Shown: positions 1 through 12,885 of the stretch, piece after piece | Layout: each line of letters opens with the position of its first letter | Position numbering within the stretch: the stretch's first letter is position 1 | Assembly (NCBI RefSeq): GCF_964355755.1 | Contig: NC_092673.1 | Location: forward strand, 13,116,948 to 13,180,947 | DNA length: 64,000 nt | Origin: Antedon mediterranea | Taxonomy: Eukaryota; Animalia; Echinodermata | Direction: 5' to 3' | Position numbers and translations under genes: made by a program | Notes under the pieces: model-generated | Told to the model about the DNA's origin: nothing | What the model saw: the letters and a program-made list of their open reading frames with translations, nothing else | The model's database searches: none

Positions 1-262
1 CAGTAAAGCCAACAACCAGACTACAATGGACCAATAAAGGTAAGTTATGTTAAAACAAGAATGACATTTTGTTTTCACACCTGAACATTAAAGAATACTG
101 TACACTTCAAGAACAGAATGTATATGTCGTAATTAATGATGAAGTTCGGTAGCTGAATGAAAATTGAAATCCGAACTTCCAATCACGGGTTAAATTTCAT
201 TCTTATCAATCTACCAAAGCTGAGGATACCAAATGGATTGGGAAAATGTTACAAGGAAAGAA

Positions 263-715
263 ACATCAGATACGCCTGCAATAGTTAAGCATATGTTTAA
301 AGTATGTATGGATGTAACAAATATCCATCGCCAGCAGGTGCCAATATAAAGTGATGATCAACCATTTGCTATTGCAAAGCAGCTTTAATGGCAACATCTC
401 CAGCAATTTGACGAGGACAAGATATTATAAATGATGTGAGGCCTGCATATTGAGCTGGCAATAAATGGTTGGGATATTGCTCTAAAATAGTTGTTGGTCA
501 GAAACAACATCAGGAAGAGCCGAATCATTAACCTTTGCTAAGCATGTTAAGCATGCTCGGTATGCACACCAGTTTACACTTGTCTCCTTAAAGTTGAGAT
601 AACGGGAATAATGAGACTGGATATGGTTGACAAACAAAAAGGGAAAATATCCACAATTTTTTTTTCGGAGATTGAATGAAACTACAGATGGTCTACCTTG
701 CTTTTGTTAGATTTT
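263..715 (+). pseudogene. Academ (AcademX-type) transposase core fragment, multiple stops
   Basis: Manual translation from 263: TSDTPAIVKHMFKVCMDVTNIHRQQVPI*SDDQPFAIAKQL*WQHLQQFDEDKIL*MM*GLHIELA, then SGRAESLTFAKHVKHARYAHQFT. Matches the DQPL-x-AKQxQW...GGLHIEMA...RxAHQ pattern I associate with Academ transposases. Confidence 0.6.
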
Positions 716-2281
716 TAGTTTTATGTTAAAATCATTTTAGCTGTATGCTTTATGAATATTTTCCTTGAACCAAACTCATTACTAGCGATGGCTACCCATT
801 CATCTGAGAGATATGGTGTAAGATATGGTATAATTATATGGGCAAAATTCATGAATGGCAGATTCACGACAAAACAGTTCTTAAGATGGCCTTAGATCAG
901 GTTGGAAACTATCTATTTTGTGAAAAATAAAGTTCCATCTAGGGTATGTGGTTCAGAGTTCACACGGTGTCAGATTTCACACGCCCACCTCATAAATATT
1001 CATTTGTAAACAAACCCATCAACCAATCAAAACACTTTGCTCACTGAACTGTAAAATTACTTCTCTGCTTCGATCGTTGATCCAAGCAGTGTACAGCAAA
1101 ACTTTGAATCCAAAAAACCATATTTTGCAAGTCAAGGTAGGTACAAAACTTGAATTTTTCTTAATTACGCAATTAGCTAACGAGTATGGGCCACGTGCAA
1201 AAGCCCAAAAAATCTAAATTTAAAGAGATATACTTGTAATTTATGATTTATATGGTCTTTAATAACTGGCCAAACAAAAATAATTTGTTCGTCTGATGCT
1301 TACGTCATCAACCGATTGTAGGGGAGGGTGAGCGAATACCAGGCCACTAAATCCCAGTTGGGTTCAAAATTCACCCGGTTGGTGGCGCTATATACTTTTT
1401 TTATAATGTACTGGTTTTGGGTGATTAGATGCTTCTTAGCCATCTTAATTAGGCGTTTTAACCAAATATAACTCAATAAAACCGTTTTTTATTCAATAGC
1501 TATAGTCCTAAATATTTAAAAAATTAAATAAATATAAAAATTAAATATTATTATTATTATATTTTTTTTATTACAGATTTATATCAAGAATTAAATCAAG
1601 AACATTAAAAAATTAGTACGTGAGGTATATTTCGGAAGCACGTGCGTGTGGGCCTGCTAACTAATGTTATTTAATTGGCATACTTAATATACATTATTGT
1701 GATAAACATTATTCAAATAATCATTAAATTTTCTTTTTTTTAAAGGTTATCTACAGTCATCTTTAATTTCAACAGTATTTATATTTAAATATTTACTTAT
1801 AACAGTATGTGTACCGTTTATTTTATACAGAGTGTAAATTATATTTTTTAATATTTAACAATAAATATATAACATTTACGAAGAAAACATTGTTTATTAC
1901 TTATCATTTTTGTTTGTTGTTATTAACAATACTGCATATCATTTGTATTGGAATCCTTCGAACGAGTGTAGCATCAGATATTTTCCCGTGTTAGGATTGG
2001 ATCGTATAAAATCAAAGATCCATTCGGACATCAGAGAAACAACATCAATGAACATACTGATGCTGAAACATCTAAATCACTCATGTATACAATACAGATA
2101 AGTTGCTTCTTTAACCCTAAGTGTTAATTGTTTAATGCTGTTGTTTGGCATATTTATTTTTAACTGTTTTTATGTTGCGTTTTATTGTTCGATGTCATCA
2201 AGTTTATTTGTGTTTAGTACTGTATTGTGAAAAAAAAAGAGTTTAAAAAAATAAACCGTTCATCGTTATTAAACTTTAGAT

Positions 2282-3940
2282 ATGCCTGGACTACAAGACG
2301 GTAAATACAGAAAGTACAGCCAGGAGGTTGTCCGTATTGCCTGTGGGCGGGTAAGAAAGGGGGAGCTGTCATATGGGGCAGCTGCTCGAATGTATGGCAT
2401 CCCTAAATCAACAATTAGGGATAAGGTCAGCGGCAGAACCCCCATCGAATCGACTCCAGGACCAGATCCGATTTTATCGAAGAAGGAAGAAGAACAGCTA
2501 GTGGGATGGGCGATAGGGATGGCGAAGATTGGATATGGAAGGACGATGATGGAAATGAAAAGAGTTGTAAAGAAGTTTCTGGATGCCAATGGCAGACCAA
2601 ACCCTTTCGTCGATAATTTGCCTGGCCGTCGATGGATGCGTAACTTTTTACGTCGTCATCCAGAGCTATCGATGCGCCTACCTGAGACACTAGGAAGGGA
2701 ACGTGCTGATGTGACGGTCAATAAGATCCAGAGGTGGTTCAGGGAGTGTTCCGACTACATGGTTGAGAGCAAGAACGAGGAGGTCTTCGCTGACCCGCGT
2801 CGTCTGTTTAAATTTTTAATGCAGACGAAATCGGCTTCCCTCTCCAAGGGAAGACCGAGAGGGTCATTGCACCCAAGGGGGCAAAGAATGTCTACCAACA
2901 AACGGCATCCACCCGGCAACAGATCACGGTCGTGGGTGCATGTAATGCAACAGGGCAATACATTCCGCCGCTGATCATATTTCCGGGTGTTCGGTTTGCC
3001 TATGACCCCCTTGATGGTGCACCAGCCGATTCGTCTTTCGCAAAATCTAAGACCGGCTGGATGAATTCAGAAATCTTTTACGAATACATAACAAATCATT
3101 TTCATCCTTTTGTTCGATCACTTAACATTCCATTTCCTATTATTTTATTTGTGGATGGGCACGTATCGCACATCAACTTAGAGACGGCCGACTTTTTTTA
3201 AAGAAAATGACATCATTCTTTACTGCTTACCGTCACATGCCAGTCACATTATCCAACCTCTTGATGTGGCTGTGTACAAGTCGGTCAAGGCGTCTTGGTA
3301 CAACTGTGTACGCGAGTACACCATACAACATCCTGGTCAAGTTGTCACCAAGCAAGCCTTCTCTTCGGTGTTTGCGGAGGCATGGAAAGAGGGCGCAAAA
3401 TCAAAAAATGCCATTTCTGGATTTCGAAAATGTGGTTTATATCCATTTAATCCTGCCGCCGTTGACACCGACAAGTTACTGCCCTCCACCGTTTACCACG
3501 ACCACACGTCATTAACACCAGCATCTACTTCAACCACCCCCCCCCCCCCCCCAATACGACAACCACCAACAACAACAACAACAACAACATCATCACCTAC
3601 GAAGACCGCCCTTCTTGCTCTGGAATCCTCCATCGGTCCTGACTTGATTGCCACATACCATCGTCGGCTTCGAGAAGGGTACGATGTGCCGGATCCCATG
3701 TACGAAACATGGAAAAAACTGAAGACCATTGACCCACCACCTCACGACATCCCAACAACATCAGGGACGTCACACACCGTTCCCCTTCCTAGACGACCAT
3801 CAGCCTCGGTAGGAAGGCATCCGGAAACTTCATATACCATCCCTAGAGCAGCACTTGGTATACCCAAGAAGGGAATACCAACAAAAAGCGAACGCAAATA
3901 AGAAGCTGTGAAGCTCGAAACGATGACTAGGCACATGATG
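2282..3940 (+). pseudogene. pogo/Tigger-like (Tc1/mariner, DDE_1) transposase, frameshifted and 3'-truncated
   Basis: ORFs 2282-2974, 2932-3201 and 3266-3901 join into psq-type HTH (YGIPKSTIRD), CENP-B-type HTH (PGRRWMRNFLRRHPEL), NADEIG, VDGHVSH and LPSHASHIIQPLDV (D,D,D triad), then SGFRKCGLYPFNP. Frameshifts near 2810 and 3195. Confidence 0.88.
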
Positions 3941-4139
3941 TCAAAGGAAGAATTGAGTTTTTTTCAAATGAACTTTATGGTGCAGGCTGTTTATACCACA
4001 AAGTGTGCAGTATCAACTTCCGTACAAATAAAAAAAAATCTTCCTGTGGTTAAAATAGTAAACAAATTCAAAACCTAACTTTTTATAAATACTATTAGAT
4101 TCCAAAGCAGTATCCTAATAATGGGCAGTGCTTACAATT

Positions 4140-7060
4140 AGGAAGACCTGGTAGTAAGGAAAGTGAAGAAGCTTTTTGTAACCATCAATGATTTAGTTAT
4201 TAAAATGAAAGAGTTTTGTAAAGGTAATTGTGCTTATTCTGGAAAACACATAAAAAGAAAATTAATCGATCATTATGGTAATAATATTATAATTTCAGAA
4301 GGTAATGGGAAAGCTGTAATTACGTACAAACAAACTGCTCGTTTAATTATCAAATCATTTCATAGAAATAGAAGAGCAAAAATTAGAACTAATTGAGGCA
4401 GCTGCCAAATTAATCAAATGTGATATAAATATGTCGAAAATAACAAATAATAAGGAATACCCATTAGATTATGTGGAAAACGGTTTGGCCTACTTACCCA
4501 GTAGATTTTTTTTACTAAATTATTTGTTGGAAAGGATAGTGATTTGAAGGTAGCTTCAATTGGCCAATCGATCATCCAAGCCGCAAGGCCTAGAGCAATT
4601 ATAGCTCCATTTTAATTGGGCCTTGCAGTACAGATGCACCACCATTTCAGATCAAGCAAGCAACTCTTTCCATCCTTAAACGTGTTAAACCTTTTATTAA
4701 TCAGTCAACTTTAAATCAACTTTATCTTTCTCTTGTTCAACTGCATTTTGAATACTGCAGTATTGTATGGTCTAAACTTTTTGATAATGATCTTGACAAA
4801 CTTACTAAACTTCAAAAACGTGGAGCAAGATTAATATTAAATGCACATTTCCTCACACCTTCTAAAGATATATCCACATCACTTGGTTGGTTAAACCTTT
4901 GTGATGTATTTGATCTCAAACGATCGTCTTTAGTGTTTAAATGAAGATGTACCCGAATACCTTAATTTAAATCATATTTTAAATTTTCTAATGAAAAGCA
5001 TGATCATTTTACAAGTAATAGTTGCAAATCACTTTCCCTGGAAAAATGTAGAACAGAGTACTATACGCATTCATTTCAATGGAAAGGTGCTGATCTTTTT
5101 AACACATTAAGTGAAGAAACTAAATTGTCAAGTAATTTAAATGTTTTCAAAAGTAACTTTAAGGCATTACTGTAGTTTAAGTTTTATTGTGTTACTGTTA
5201 TTTTTATATTTTAGTTAAAAATGTACTATTGTACCCAGGGCCCCAAGGGAGACCAGTCTTTTTGACTGATTGGGCCACCCTGGTTAAATATTGTTATTAA
5301 ATAAATAAAAATAAATAAATTCTTTAAATTAACTTAGATTCTGCTCATCATATTCAGAAGCAGCCGCGTAACAAGGGGTCTTGTCAGGGGGGGGGGGGGG
5401 CAAACAGGGACTGATCTTTCCAGAGAGACACCAAGTACTTGAGCCACAGCCCCCTCATGGTGGGGGCTGTGGGGAAGCGAATTTTGGTAAATGACACCCC
5501 TAGATCGTCGGAAATGGTACTCTCACACATAAAATTCATGATAAATGGCGCCTCCAACTAGTAGTAGTAGTTGGCCTGGAAAACACTCCCATTTATTGCA
5601 CAGCAATCAGCAAAATGATCGTACATTTTCCACCGTTAAAAACACAGGTGACATAACATTTGAAAACCCAATCTAACATTGGATCCGCGCCTGGCAAAGG
5701 TAGTAATTTTTCCGGTTAGAAGACTGAAAGATCGAGTATTGGAGCGACAGCCAGCCACGAAAGTACGTTCGTTTTGCTGATCGCTAGCGCGTTACATACG
5801 ATTAGTAGGAGTGTATTTTTTAAAGTTGGCCTCACACCCACAGCACAGCGTCACACAATTGTGTATGAGATGATTGTTTCAAGCAGTCAGATATCAAAAG
5901 CATCTCATGTGAAGATGTCAACCTATCAGGAATCAAGGAACTTACTCAATTGTAGTATGAAGTTAAAGGCGTTTTCACCTACAGTATCAACCTATCAACA
6001 TGTAAAACAAATGTCTTATGGCAGATTTCATCCATTTTAAAGAACCCTATACCAAGTTGGTCAGGTTGTATGCAACTTATTCATGAAAAGCAACACGCAC
6101 ATTTTGATTCCAGTTTGTTAACAAGAGATCAAATTGTATTTCTCCCAATTATTGATTTAAACCCAAGTGACATGAATTGCATACTATCTACTACTATAAC
6201 CTTTTTATCAAACTTAGCAATCAAACACAACAAGCCACCGATCATAACGTTTGATCAACCACTGTCTCTGGAATTTGCTTTACCTGTCATGATGTGAATA
6301 ACTGCATTATCACCATAAATCTCTTCAAGTACACTACTTAGACCCGTTTTTACCATCAAATAACCAATGCATCCTAACAAATTCATGACAGTATGAAAAG
6401 TGGCAAGCATTAATGTTATGGTTCTTATGTGTAATTCTTCTGACTGATGGATGATTGTTGTTGCTTTCGGGCACACATGATTGTGGATCAAGCATTATCA
6501 AATATTTTGCTTGATCAGGTTAGACTGGACGAAGATATAAAAGGAGATATAGAAAGTGTCATGGAGAACGTCTTAACCGGTAAAATTTCAACAACAGAAC
6601 TAAACTACAACTCAACCTTGAAACATATTGAACAAGAAATGTGTAAAAGAAGACAAGAACTCTACACAATTTCGAAGACTGCCCATCTCTGGTTAGAGTA
6701 CCAAATGGTAATTGACATCATTAAGAAGCTGAAAAAAGCAGACAGAATTGGTGACTGGCATCTGCATTTAGAAGCAATGCAAGAGGCTTTGCCAGTATAT
6801 GCAGCTTCTGGTCATTACAACTATGTGAAGTCCGCATATGTGTATGTTCAAAACATGGTACAGTTAGAGAAAAGTAACAAGAGAGTGTTTGATACGTTTA
6901 CATCAGGAGGATTTGTCGTTCGTAGAAGCAAGCGGTACTGAGCAGGACTTGCAAATGACCTCTTAATTGAGCAAGTTCTGATGCGCTCATTAAAATGTAC
7001 AGGAGGGTTAACACGGGGAACAGGAATGAACGAGGTCCAGAGAGCCGTATGGCTAATGTT
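4140..7060 (+). pseudogene. AcademX-type transposase remnant, interrupted by a LINE fragment, a MITE-like insert and a micro-inversion
   Basis: KVASIGQSIIQAARPR...LGLAVQMHHHF (4545-4650); FCSSYSE (~5340); FLPIIDLNPSDMNCI...TFDQPL (6140-6264); FHTVMNLLGCIG...MTGKA on the - strand (6265-6467); RAHMIVD...GDWHLHL...YAASGHYNYVKS...FVVRRS...IEQVLMRSLKCTGGLTRG (6468-7050). Confidence 0.75.
4655..5320 (+). mobile_element. CR1/L2-clade LINE 3' fragment (RT C-terminus, 3' UTR, (AAAT)n tail)
   Basis: LYLSLVQLHFEYCSIVWS...KLQKRGARLIL...SLGWL motif; ends in a GC-rich stem region then aaataaataaaaataaataaat; splits the Academ reading frame. Confidence 0.75.
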
Positions 7061-7960
7061 AATGACATGATAATAGACTCAAGACAAAAAATATATACAT
7101 ATCTAACATATCTAATTTACATTAACATTGATGGGGAGCCTATCACTCGTGTTAATCAATGCAAACATCTTGCTGTAATTCTTGAATCTTTCTTGGTCCT
7201 CACAAATTAATCATGTCAAATCCAAGGCATTGCAGAGCTTGTACTATCTAAAAAAGACTAGCAACATTCTTCCAATTGATGTTCAATCTAAACTATATAA
7301 ATCCCTCATGGCTCCACATCTTGAATATTGCCATGTTGTTTGGGGTCGCTCAAATCAAATTCAAAGTAAAACGCTCCAAATTCTTCAAAACCGGGCACCA
7401 AAAATGATTCCAAACAAATCAAGAAGTGACTCTAGTACACAAGCTCTGCAAGGCCTTAAATGGATGAATTTGGATCAACGATTGTACATTATGTTTAAAA
7501 TTATGAACAACTCTGCACCTAATTAAATATAGAAATAATTATTATGATAAGAACTACCGTAACCCAATATTAACACTGTTAAAACCAAGAACTAATTATA
7601 AAAAGAAAGTTTATCATATATAGAGGTGCAAATATGTGGAATTAAATTAATGATGATCTTAAAAATTGCCAAACCATTTCTTTATTTTAAAAATAAAATA
7701 TGACAACTTTGTAAAGATATAATGTGTATTTTAATGGAAACATATCTCTGCCAGTTTTATTTTTAATCTATTCATTAGTTATTTTTAAGCATAATTGAAC
7801 ATCAAAAACAGTAGTTAAGATTGTTTATTAGTATTTATATTTCAGTATAATGTATTGTGTTAAGATTTTTGTTTGTAAACTTTTTGTTTTTATACACGGC
7901 CTTGCGGAAAAACAACTGATAGTTGAGCCAAGATTTCGTGTTTAAAAAAAGCATATTATT
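7061..7960 (+). mobile_element. L2/CR1-clade LINE 3' fragment
   Basis: ORF 7182-7526 LSWSSQINHV...LYKSLMAPHLEYCHVVWG...LQNRAPKMI...LKWMNL, followed by a 3' UTR ending cattattatt. Confidence 0.8.
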
Positions 7961-8116
7961 ATAGCTGAAGAAGCATGCAGGAAACTACTGAAAACAAAAT
8001 ATTTTTTTGCAGAAGCTGGAAACATGCCACTAACAAGTTTTAAGACATTAATCAAATGTCAAAAAGACAACAGGGTGCAATTAATAGAAGGTTGTTATGG
8101 CGGAAAGAGTTCTTTG

Positions 8117-8743
8117 TGAGAACTGTGCGAAATGGTATGCCAATTTACTTCACAATTGCCCTACAGGATATAGATGAATCATGGAGGTATAAAAATAGGA
8201 GAGAGCTTGAATGTATTATAGCATGGTAACAGGATGTCACCATGGTATTTTTAAAGCCACAGCCTTGTGCGGCGCAGACTTTGTTACCAAGGTCAGCCGC
8301 CGCCTCTAGTCGGCCCTCTATTGTAGAGGAGGTGAAAGCCTCAAATATTCACAAACAAACACATACTGGAGCTGTGGCTACCAATCTAAGGGTCCTGGGT
8401 TCAAGTCCTGTCATATGTCAGGGTTTTTTTTCTCATGAACCCAGGACCCTTAGATTGGTAGCCAAGCATCATAACCACCAAGCCACAGCTCCAGTATGTG
8501 TTTGTTTGTGAATATTTGAGGCTTTCACCTCCTCTACAATAGAGGGCCGACTAGAGGCGGCGGCTGACCTTGGTAACAAAGTCTGCGCCGCACAAGGCTG
8601 TGGCTTTAAAAATACCATGGTGACATCCTGTTACCATGCTATAATACATTCAAGCTCTCTCCTATTTTTATACCTCCATGATTCATCTATATCCTGTAGG
8701 GCAATTGTGAAGTAAATTGGCATACCATTTCGCACAGTTCTCA
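8117..8743. repeat. 627-bp near-perfect palindrome (foldback) centred on a tRNA-derived SINE-like head
   Basis: 8117-8403 is the reverse complement of 8436-8743 apart from a 21-nt segment present only in the right arm (aagcatcataaccaccaagcc). Loop 8404-8435. Confidence 0.95.
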
Positions 8744-8744
8744 T

Positions 8745-8950
8745 GACAATTTACAACTCCACTCCCAAAGACTTAATAATAAGTCTTTGTCTATGTAGAG
8801 CATCTTGTGTATATGTTTGTCTTATATGTTCTAGTGCAGTATTTGGAGAGCCATCTCGATAGTGCTTTGCACGGCAATCCTCAGGGTGCTTCACTGCTGT
8901 ATTGTCATGTATTGTCATGAAAATTGAATAAAATAAAATAAAATAAAAAA
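8745..8950 (+). mobile_element. Probable LINE 3' end
   Basis: Ends in gaataaaataaaataaaataaaa after a UTR-like segment; no clear protein motif. Confidence 0.35.
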
Positions 8951-10308
8951 AATACTATTATAGTATAGTTATTGTAATTTACTTGCTGTTTATGCAATAT
9001 ATGTATTTACGATAAAATATTAATAAACGTCATCATACAGCTGTAGTTTTGTGTGAAGAATTACTAAACTAGACCCAAGACCTAAGATTACCAATAGTTC
9101 TCTTTGGCACCTGCCTTGTATTTTAACTCTAAATTTGTTAACCAACCTTATTTTACATTTCAATATTTTGTTTCTATGGAACGCAAAAAGAGCAACATTA
9201 TTATCCATCTATTTAACTAATTCAATATATTTTGTCACTGTCAATACAAATAAAATGCTACTGTTGATACTTTACAGGGTTTCGTTAACTTTAAGAATAA
9301 AATCAAAATTCATCATATCCTCTTTAATATCCCCTTATGACTAGGCCTAGGGTAAGTAGTGATGCTGATTTTAAGATCGATTAATATAATTTGAAAATTG
9401 AAAAGTATCAGCAGAATTTGGAGATGCAAATGCGAACATCCTTAAAAGGTCAATTGATCGAAGCTGAAGCTACCACCTGAAATGTGAAGAATAATTTTAA
9501 CTTATAAACAGTAACATTTTGAAACTTTTTTGTTTATTCAGATTGTAAGTCATGAGATAGACTAGGCTAGGCATAGGACAGGTATATGCTTCCTACTACC
9601 TCAGTAGACCAAATCTAGCCTAGAGTATAGTAATTAGGAATTATCTGGGGCCTAGGTTTATTATAGGCTAGTAGGCCTAGTAGTAGTATCCAGTATGCCA
9701 TCCTACCTAGCATAGTATAGTAGACCAGTCTTAGCCTGGCTAGCCTATATAAGGCCTAAAAAAAACCTCTTGTTTGCCATTCTCTGTTGCACCTATTTTT
9801 GAAAAACTTAAAAAAAAAAAAATTAAGGTTTTTTGTCGTAGAGGGTGTTTTTCATAAAAGGCACTGCTAACGCATAGCGCTCAATGTGAACTTATATATA
9901 TATATATATATATATATCAACATGTCGAAGGTTGCAGTTTCAACAATTTTTTTGTGATTTAACGAAAATAAGGTCCGTGGTGACACGCATGGTGTCGACC
10001 AATACTTTTGTAAATGTGTTTTTAAATTGTCGCATTAATGAAAAACTAGTGATATATTGGAGAGAGTGAACATAGGCCCAGAGGCACGTGGACCGTGGCA
10101 TGTCATCGATCGGAATGAAATCGTTGAGGTGATGCAGACGCTGACAATTTTTTTTTGCAAGGAGGAGGAGGCGGATCCAGAAAGACAAGAAGTTAGCAAG
10201 CAGTTGGCGGCGATCGCTGCCTTCTAAAAAGCAAAAAACAATGGTTTGTGGAGGTTTTTTTTTTAACTTCTCAGCTTCAGGGCTTGGGCCTACAATTAGC
10301 TAGCCTAC

Positions 10309-10616
10309 TAATAATACCACATTTATATAGCGCCCTTTTCATGAGTAATCATGCTCAAAAGCGCTTTACAAGGATTATTACCCCAGTATTTTTTGGGATC
10401 AAACACGTATGGAAACATACTCCCATAATGCAGCCGGTAACCAGCGCAAAGTTGTGTCTAGATCTAACTGGGTACCCATTTATACACCTGGGTGGAGAGA
10501 GGCAACGTAAGTAAAGTATCTTGCCTACGGATACAAGCAATGCGGCGAGAGTTGGATTCGAACCTAGGTCTGACGATCGGTAGTCGAACGTCCAACACAC
10601 TGCGCCACACGCCCTC
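10309..10616 (-). mobile_element. tRNA-derived SINE with conserved central domain and L2-like 3' tail
   Basis: Minus strand: box A TGGCGCAGTGTG and box B GGTTCGAATCC; core CTCTCCACCCAGGTGTATAAATGGGTACC resembling Deu/Nin-type SINE cores; tail AAGCGCTTTTGAGC...GCGCTATATAAAT(TAT)n. Confidence 0.85.
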
Positions 10617-11564
10617 ACTACTATATACTATACTACTATCTTCATAAAAGGCCTTTACTACTAGAGGCGCGCATATCTATAGGCTCTGGGTAGGTAAGAT
10701 AACCAATGAATGTAGAAATGTTTAATTCTTTACTCTAGGCCTAAGGGCATAGCTGGAGGCTAGTAGGCCTAAACAGTACTAGCATAAGGTATGGAAAAAA
10801 AAGTATTAGGCCTAGGAGGTCTAGCCTAAACTAGGGTTAGTCTAATTTATGCCTATGCAACTGGGACACCTCTCCTAATCTAATTGTACATAAATATTCT
10901 ATTTCGGTGAGTGGCAAGAAGACTGAAAATGCTAAATTAAAAAGGTAATTTAATGCCTAAAATAAGTAATTGTATTACAACACAGCCGTTGCGGAAAGGT
11001 GGTCCATGTGGGTGCAACAGTTTGATGTTAGTTCAACTGACTGCATGTTGAACCATCATAGAAAATGGAGTGAAACGGACCATGCTGGCATTATAAAGAA
11101 GGCCAAGCTGGATGAAGGCTGCCTTGTTCCGGAATGCACCAACAGTTGTATAATCCATAGAACAAGGACATGGGATGAAACGAAAGGAATTTTTTCTAGC
11201 TTTCCATGGATAAAATACAACAAATCCTACAGTTTGATGGCAATTTTCCACAAACATTACAACGATTAAAACCGCTACTTATCACCACCTACCTACCAAG
11301 TGTGCTGTATGCCATTCCCATTTGCCGTTTGATAGAAGAGGAAGTAGGATTTGACATGAAGCCGGCAAGCAAACAAAGTTCATGAACGCCTATTCACTAT
11401 GTTAATGCATTTGATTGTTCTACTATTATTTGTTTATGTTTGTCGTGTCACTCATCTTTCATTCATTTACAGGAAAGCAAGTTAAGGCTATGTTAATGAA
11501 ACGTATTCTTGCTTCATTAGGTGAGTGCATCATTTCATACTGTAGTACAGCCAATTAACGTTTA

Positions 11565-12470
11565 GGAACAGTTCTTAGACGGTATGGCACTGATGTCCAG
11601 AAATGTTTGTTAAAATCACTATTCGAGTACAACACAGAAAAGGATGCATTGAAATGAAAATTAGAAGAGAGGGACAGAAAGATAGAGTTAGAAGCACAGT
11701 CTAAATCACATCAATTATCTATTGTGATGATATACAAACGAGAATACCAAACCAAGCAAAGATTTTGTCTGTAGGTAATAAGTGCAATCACACTGACTAT
11801 GTCAATTTTCTATCATTAATTAAATCATTTGATCCAATCTTGTGGAAGTTTCTTTTAGGATTACGCTCAATAAACAAGAGATTTGGAATCTGTATACAGA
11901 TATGTCATTCAAATGGGATACTCAATACCTCAACACACTTTTAGGCGTATTTACCATTTCACATGCTTATTACTGATGTTGTTGACAAGTTTACAAACTC
12001 ATCAGCAAAGTGCTTAGGTCTCTTGGCACAGTTTTGAATTTGTGTGTCTAAAGATACATCATTTTTCAGATATCAACCACATGTTGCAGAATTGGAAATG
12101 ACTAATAAACCATTTTGACCTAATGCATTTATAATTGTCTCAATAGATAACATTGATAAAAAATCACAATACATTGCCGTTAGATAGTCACAAATGTCAC
12201 AAGAATTTCATGGTACATCGGTTCAGGCTGTTCAGCCATTGCCAAATGCTACTAAATTAACATGTTCTATTCCATTACAGGCTCGGGTACAAGAGACGCA
12301 ACTTGACCAAAGAAGAAAAAAAAAAATACAGCTGTCCACTGTCACAACATACCAAAGTGGTGTAGAGCATTTGTTTGATCCACATACTTTACAAACATAT
12401 GTAGTAATTTTCATCTTAAAATTGAAGACTTCCAGCCAACTAAACTTGAATAAAATCAAAGTTTTAAAAA
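11565..12470 (+). pseudogene. Academ-type transposase fragment (first catalytic region)
   Basis: LLTDVVDK...CVSKDT...IIVSIDNIDKK...FHGTSVQAVQPLP, an Academ-like DNID...HGT motif; stops and frameshifts; duplicated at ~24090-25010. Confidence 0.55.
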
Positions 12471-12885
12471 AGTATTCGATTGATTATGTGACCATTTTCG
12501 ATAAAACGGCTGCCAACCCCCTTTGCGTATGAAAAAAAAAGAGCAAATACTTCTTGGATATAGTGATGTCTATTCTACAACATATACAATTTTTACCAAA
12601 TATATGTCAATAAAATTTTTTTTTCAAATATTTGATTGATGTGACCATTTTCGATTAAATGGTGGCCGTATTTGATAAAATGGCAGCCATTTTAGGCATA
12701 ATGGCAAGCATTTTGGATTGTTCAGTTACAAAAATGATGTGAAATATTATTTGAACATTTATTGTTACCTTTATAATTGAATTTCTATTTCGATAACATC
12801 TTTTAATGTCATAAACTTACAATATTTTAAACAATTTTGTCCAAAATGGCGGCCATTTTGAAATGGCCGCCAACCCCACTTGCGA
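12470..12885. mobile_element. Academ-like subterminal repeat region
   Basis: Repeated ccattttg/caaaatgg and aaaatggcggccattttg palindromic motifs like those in the Academ TIRs at 27781-30384. Confidence 0.45.

Noticed and set aside
1319-1450. Left TIR of the pogo element (ta|ggggagggtg...)
   Set aside because: No matching right end in the window to confirm it.
2269-3936. Minus-strand ORFs over pogo (and similar ones over piggyBac, Sola and hAT)
   Set aside because: Antisense shadows of real + strand coding sequence with no motifs of their own.
5361-5693. hAT-type MITE (cagccgcgtaac...ggatccgcgcctg) with a G-run
   Set aside because: Ends are only loosely inverted and there is no TSD; probably a TE piece but boundaries are unsupported.
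8366-8495. Functional tRNA gene
   Set aside because: Each arm is incomplete, there is no acceptor stem, and the apparent ACC anticodon is atypical for eukaryotic tRNA-Gly. SINE-like head.
9921-10230. Possible coding exon or promoter after the (TA)n run
   Set aside because: CpG-richer and partly open, but with stops and no recognisable motif; cannot be supported.
10545-10616. tRNA gene on the - strand
   Set aside because: Continues into a SINE core and LINE-like tail.
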